Shown here: positions 60,150 to 64,000 of the stretch, one piece after another
Layout: each line of letters begins with the position of its first letter
Numbering within the stretch: the first letter of the stretch is position 1
Assembly (NCBI GenBank): GCA_973895155.1
Contig: OZ316899.1
Location: 581,573 to 645,572, forward strand
Source of the DNA: Marsupella aquatica
Lineage: Eukaryota > Plantae > Marchantiophyta
Direction: 5' to 3'
Length of the DNA stretch: 64,000 bases
The notes under the pieces: model-generated
Databases searched by the model: none
The model's input: the letters and a program-made list of their open reading frames with translations, nothing else
Told to the model about the DNA's origin: nothing
Program-made: the position numbers and the translations under genes

Positions 60150-61562
60150 GTATATGAAGGCCTCAGAGGGGATGGCAAAGAAACTGATTGCGCTATGCAG
60201 GGATTTTCTATGGGGTTATAATCCTGAGGGCGGGAAGAAGATTCCGCTTGTGGCCTGGGACAAGATGGCTTGCCCTAAGGTGGATGGCGGACTGGGGTTT
60301 TGTGACTTTAGAGTCTCTCTGATGCGTTACTGACTCAGTGGTTTATGAAGGCTTTGGACTATCCCAGAACAAAATGAGCTGGCTTGCTTGTTGCTAATCT
60401 GAGTCTTATTGGATGGCTGAATTTCAAGGTGATTTGGCGGAATCACTACACATTTGCAGATAAGTTGCTTCTATGTACTCCAAGATCTTGCTACGGTCTG
60501 ACATACACTTGGGGAATCTGGAAGGCCTGGGAGGCTTTGAGAGTGAATCTCTCCTTTGTCCCGGGGACTGCGGGCTTTCCTGGGAGATGCAGTATACAGG
60601 ACACATTACGTTGCACACAGGGCTTTAACACTTGGCCTTCGGCACACACAAAGTTCACAGTGGAGATTTGTGGGAGACTTGGGGTACGGGTGATAGCTGA
60701 CTGCTGGAATGTTGAGGCGCACCAATGGAAGGACTTTTCTGGCCGCTGGTGTTTGCTTCGAGGGTGGGCGCTGGCTCACAAGGACCGTTGCCATCAGTTT
60801 CTGCTTGTGATTGGCAGGGGGCACTGCTGCAATGGTGGGCTGGTGCTGGGTGCTTGTTGTTGGCGTTGGTTGGAGATGGGGGTTCCACTAAAGAGGTTTA
60901 AAATTCCTAACAAACAAGCGTACCAACTTCTAAGACCTAAGGGCATCGAGACTACCAGAGATGGAACAGAATTTGGCTCACCAACTGGTCGGAGGTGGAA
61001 TGGGGTAAGAGATGGCATGCTCTGTGGGGGTTGGACTTGTCCACTAGAGGAAAAACCTTTCTCTGGCGCATCATTGCTGGTGGCCTATTTACGGGAGCAA
61101 GGGCCCTTACTATTGGTGCTAGTGATGGTATTTGCCGGCTCTACCCTGGGAGGTTAGAAAGCATTCCTCATCTCTTTGTACACTGTGTGCATGCTGCTGA
61201 GTGCTGGCAAATGTGCTGCGACTGCTGCCTGGGAGTTATGTTTGCACCTGGGCATGGTCTTTTGGACAAGGGTGGTGGCCTCATTTGGTCGCAGTCCATT
61301 GAGGGTTGCCCACCTCTTCTTGCTGTTTCAAATTCTGTGGATGATTTGGCTGGGACAAAACACACAGATGTTCAAGGAACTTGGGCGTAGATCCTTTGAC
61401 GTAAGATTTGGTCTATCTGAGATGGTTTTGCACTTGCATGGGGCTTCCCTGCGCTTCCCGTTAGGAAGGAAACACATTTGGCTTCTTAGGGCTGAAGAAT
61501 TAATTGAAACAGAATGGAGGCGTTGGTTGGCGCGTATAGATGGACATGTGATATCAGGCTAA
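60150..61562 (+). pseudogene. LINE ORF2 C-terminal region with zf-RVT (piece 3 of 3)
   Basis: CRDFLWG, VAWDKMACPKVDGGLG, KTFLWRII...CRLY...ESIPHLFVHC. Confidence 0.88.
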
Positions 61563-63156
61563 TGGTGCTTGGGTGTATGATAGGCTCTCTGATTTGGTGA
61601 TGCGGCTCTGGGGGGCTTGGGCTAGGCTAACCCTGGGCTGCTCTGTGTTTTTGCTTTTGGGGCTTGCCCCTGTGTTTTGGTTGTAGGCCTTTAGGTTGCT
61701 CACGGATGTGGCTCTTTGACTTTGACTTGTTGGCTGTGGTGGGTCTCTAGGCCGTGGCCGTATGTGGTGTCTGGGCGTGCCCTGATTTGGGGCTCCAAAA
61801 CCGCGGGTATTGGATAGGGTAAATTAACCTTGATTTGAGTATTGGAAAAGCAACAAAAATGTACTAGTGTGTGCTCCACAGACGCTCCAAGAAAGTCCTG
61901 GCTAGCAGATGATGCTCAGCCAAAACACCTCAAACACCTCAGAGGAAGGTCCTTCACTACTACATATTTGGCCATTTTGCAAAGGCAATTTAGTCACGCC
62001 AAAATGCCCTGCGAGACACTCTCCATCGCTCACTTTGCAATTGATCACTGTCGTGCGCATACACATCGCTACACAACATACATTGCTTGTGTCATGCCGA
62101 GGGATAATGCCTCTTGTGCACATCGGCATGTCCCTCGCATGCCCGCTAGGTATGTAGTTAGGGCTAGTGTACTACTTGAATTAGTGTCATGTTCTTGTAG
62201 CGAGTCTGGGCCGTTCTTGAAGCAAAGGTGTTTGTTAGTGTGATGCCTGGACCCGGTCCTACTTAGGGCATGTTTTTCTTTGCCATTTTTCAGTTCTTCT
62301 TGAATCGCTGTTGATAGAGCTCAGACAGTGCTCGTCGGTTCCGTACACGGGATTCACACAGTGATTCGTTAGATGCTCCCGGCCGATCTTGGCATCCTGC
62401 CGGTTTTCAATTTGATTTCAGTACAATTGTTTCTCTTACGCCTTTTATTCAAGAAGAACTGCCGAGTTGGCGGTGAGGGGAAGAAGATAGAAGACATTCT
62501 CATCTCAGTTGCTTATGTCGGTTCAAACAATTTCCGTCGAAGCTAGTGCAATTTCTTTGAGCAACAATGGAGGGACGAGTTGAAATTATGGGTTCAATAT
62601 GGTGTTAAGTGTATACTTAACATAAATATACACATAACCATCCCGTTGGAGCCAGACTCTTTCTTCTCGGTTGTATCCGGGGACCCTTTGCTGCTTCCGA
62701 CTATGGCTGCTGGCTGCTGACTGCCACAACCTTTTTCGGGCCAATTTTGCGATGTTTTTGCAAGAGGGGCTGTCTGCATAGGGCTGCGCGCCCCTTCTTG
62801 GCTGCGCCTCCCTGCGCCCTGCTACCTTCCGGCCTACTACAAGCCATGGGTTGCAGGTTGATGCCTTTACTCTTGCTCGGAGCCCCGTAAAGGGTCGCAC
62901 GCCAGGTTTATTGCCGCCTCGCGAGTGTGTTTGTATTGCGCCCTTCTCCCTCTGTGTATACACATCGGGGGCGACAACCTTTCCTTACCGTTTTCTTTTC
63001 CTTTTGCTCGCCGGTACGCGCATAGGGCATCGTGCCCTCCACTCAATTAGGACTTGTTTCTTTCTTTCCCCCTCACCGTTTTCTTTCCTTTCCCCCTGTT
63101 GCCAGCACTTAATAGGGGAGAGGGAGCGAGTACAAGCGGGAGCTGAGAGGGAGAGG

Positions 63157-63460
63157 GCACGAGGCCCTATGAAGAACTAAGGAGGAGAGGGAGTTCATGT
63201 CGACTCCCCTCGGGAGCCTTGCAAGCATGAGGCCCAACTTACAAGGCATTAGAGGAGGGGGAAGGGAAGCGAAAGGAGGCACGAGGCCCTAGGCAACTTT
63301 AAAGTAGAGGGGGAGGGGGAGTACATTGACTCCCTTCTTTGAGGAGTACTTTCACCAGGGCACGAGGCCCACAGAAGCATTTAAGGAGGGGATTGAGGGG
63401 GAGTTCGTAGCCTCCCTCTTTGGGAGCTCATAAGGAGAAGGGGGGGGGGCGCGAAGCCCT
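63157..63460 (+). repeat. Degenerate purine-rich tandem repeat (3-4 units) with GGGAG(T)-loop-(A)CTCCC inverted repeats
   Basis: GCACGAGGCCC at about 63157, 63279 and 63360, and a degenerate copy near 63449. Confidence 0.55.
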
Positions 63461-64000
63461 ATGCTGCACAACCCGTGCCATTAAGAGGGCTCGTTTTATT
63501 TTTGCCTTGCCTCCTCTCTTTTTGCCTTGCCTTGGGTCCCGTTCTTGCCTCTTTTGGCCTTTCTTGCTTTTTTGTTGTGTGACGATCGACTTGTTGCAGT
63601 TTCTGGGTCCACAATGGGGCCCAGATGTGTATACACATAAGGGTTGGACCCGGTTCACGTTTTTCAGGGCCCATTCTTACCGGATTCCTTTGCTGCGCCG
63701 ACATCATCTGTATACTGGTGTATACACATCAATTTGGCATATACATAGGCAAACGTGAAGGGGGCTAAATTTGCAATTTTAAGGGTCCTTTTTCTCCGGT
63801 GACGGTTTCTCCATGTTTACACATTCTACATATTTCTGTCTCGCATCGTTTGTTTCCTTTGTGGGTTACACTTCCTAGCCTTGGGGTTGCCACACCTTTT
63901 TCTTCTCAACTTCTTTCCCATTGGCACCCCGGGTGAGCATGCAGCATGTCAGCAGAGGAGCCAAGTCGTAGCAGCACATCGCCACCGACACCCAGGTAAC

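Noticed and set aside
1-64000. rRNA, tRNA genes, CRISPR arrays, intact host genes
   Set aside because: None supported; the only host-derived sequences recognised are cargo fragments inside transposons.

Overview
Eukaryotic (land-plant; probably a bryophyte/liverwort-like non-seed plant, by inference) heterochromatin-type transposon nest with no intact host gene. Boundaries were set from terminal motifs and target-site duplications (TSDs). (1) Gypsy element A (non-chromovirus, Athila/Tat-related, minus strand, 1..25362, 3' LTR cut by the window edge) has ~4.67-kb LTRs and sits inside a CACTA transposase. (2) The related Gypsy element B (7331..21030, 3838-bp LTRs, TSD CCTTC) is inserted in A's 5' LTR. 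(3) CACTA-1 right half (25363..28489). (4) A decayed SET-domain gene lies just upstream of a second CACTA transposase (30020..31818). (5) A LINE ORF2 is split into three pieces (33780..34975, 53216..54495, 60150..61562). (6) A ~4.0-kb solo LTR C (34976..53215, TSD AAGGA) interrupts the LINE. (7) A 14.2-kb CACTA-3 (35105..49304, TIR CACTAGAAGAA, TSD TAG) interrupts LTR C; it carries tandem Pol-lambda-type BRCT domains, an EDM2-type PHD module and an RPL18a exon. (8) A Bianca-type Copia (54496..60144, TSD GTAAT) also interrupts the LINE. Two features stand out. First, all three giant LTR families carry a long sense-strand ORF inside the LTR itself, sharing one conserved domain, and the solo LTR keeps it flanked by CGTAA motif arrays. 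Second, the CACTA elements carry chromatin and DNA-repair cargo (SET, EDM2-like PHD, BRCT). Domain names come from motif recognition by eye; no database searches were run.
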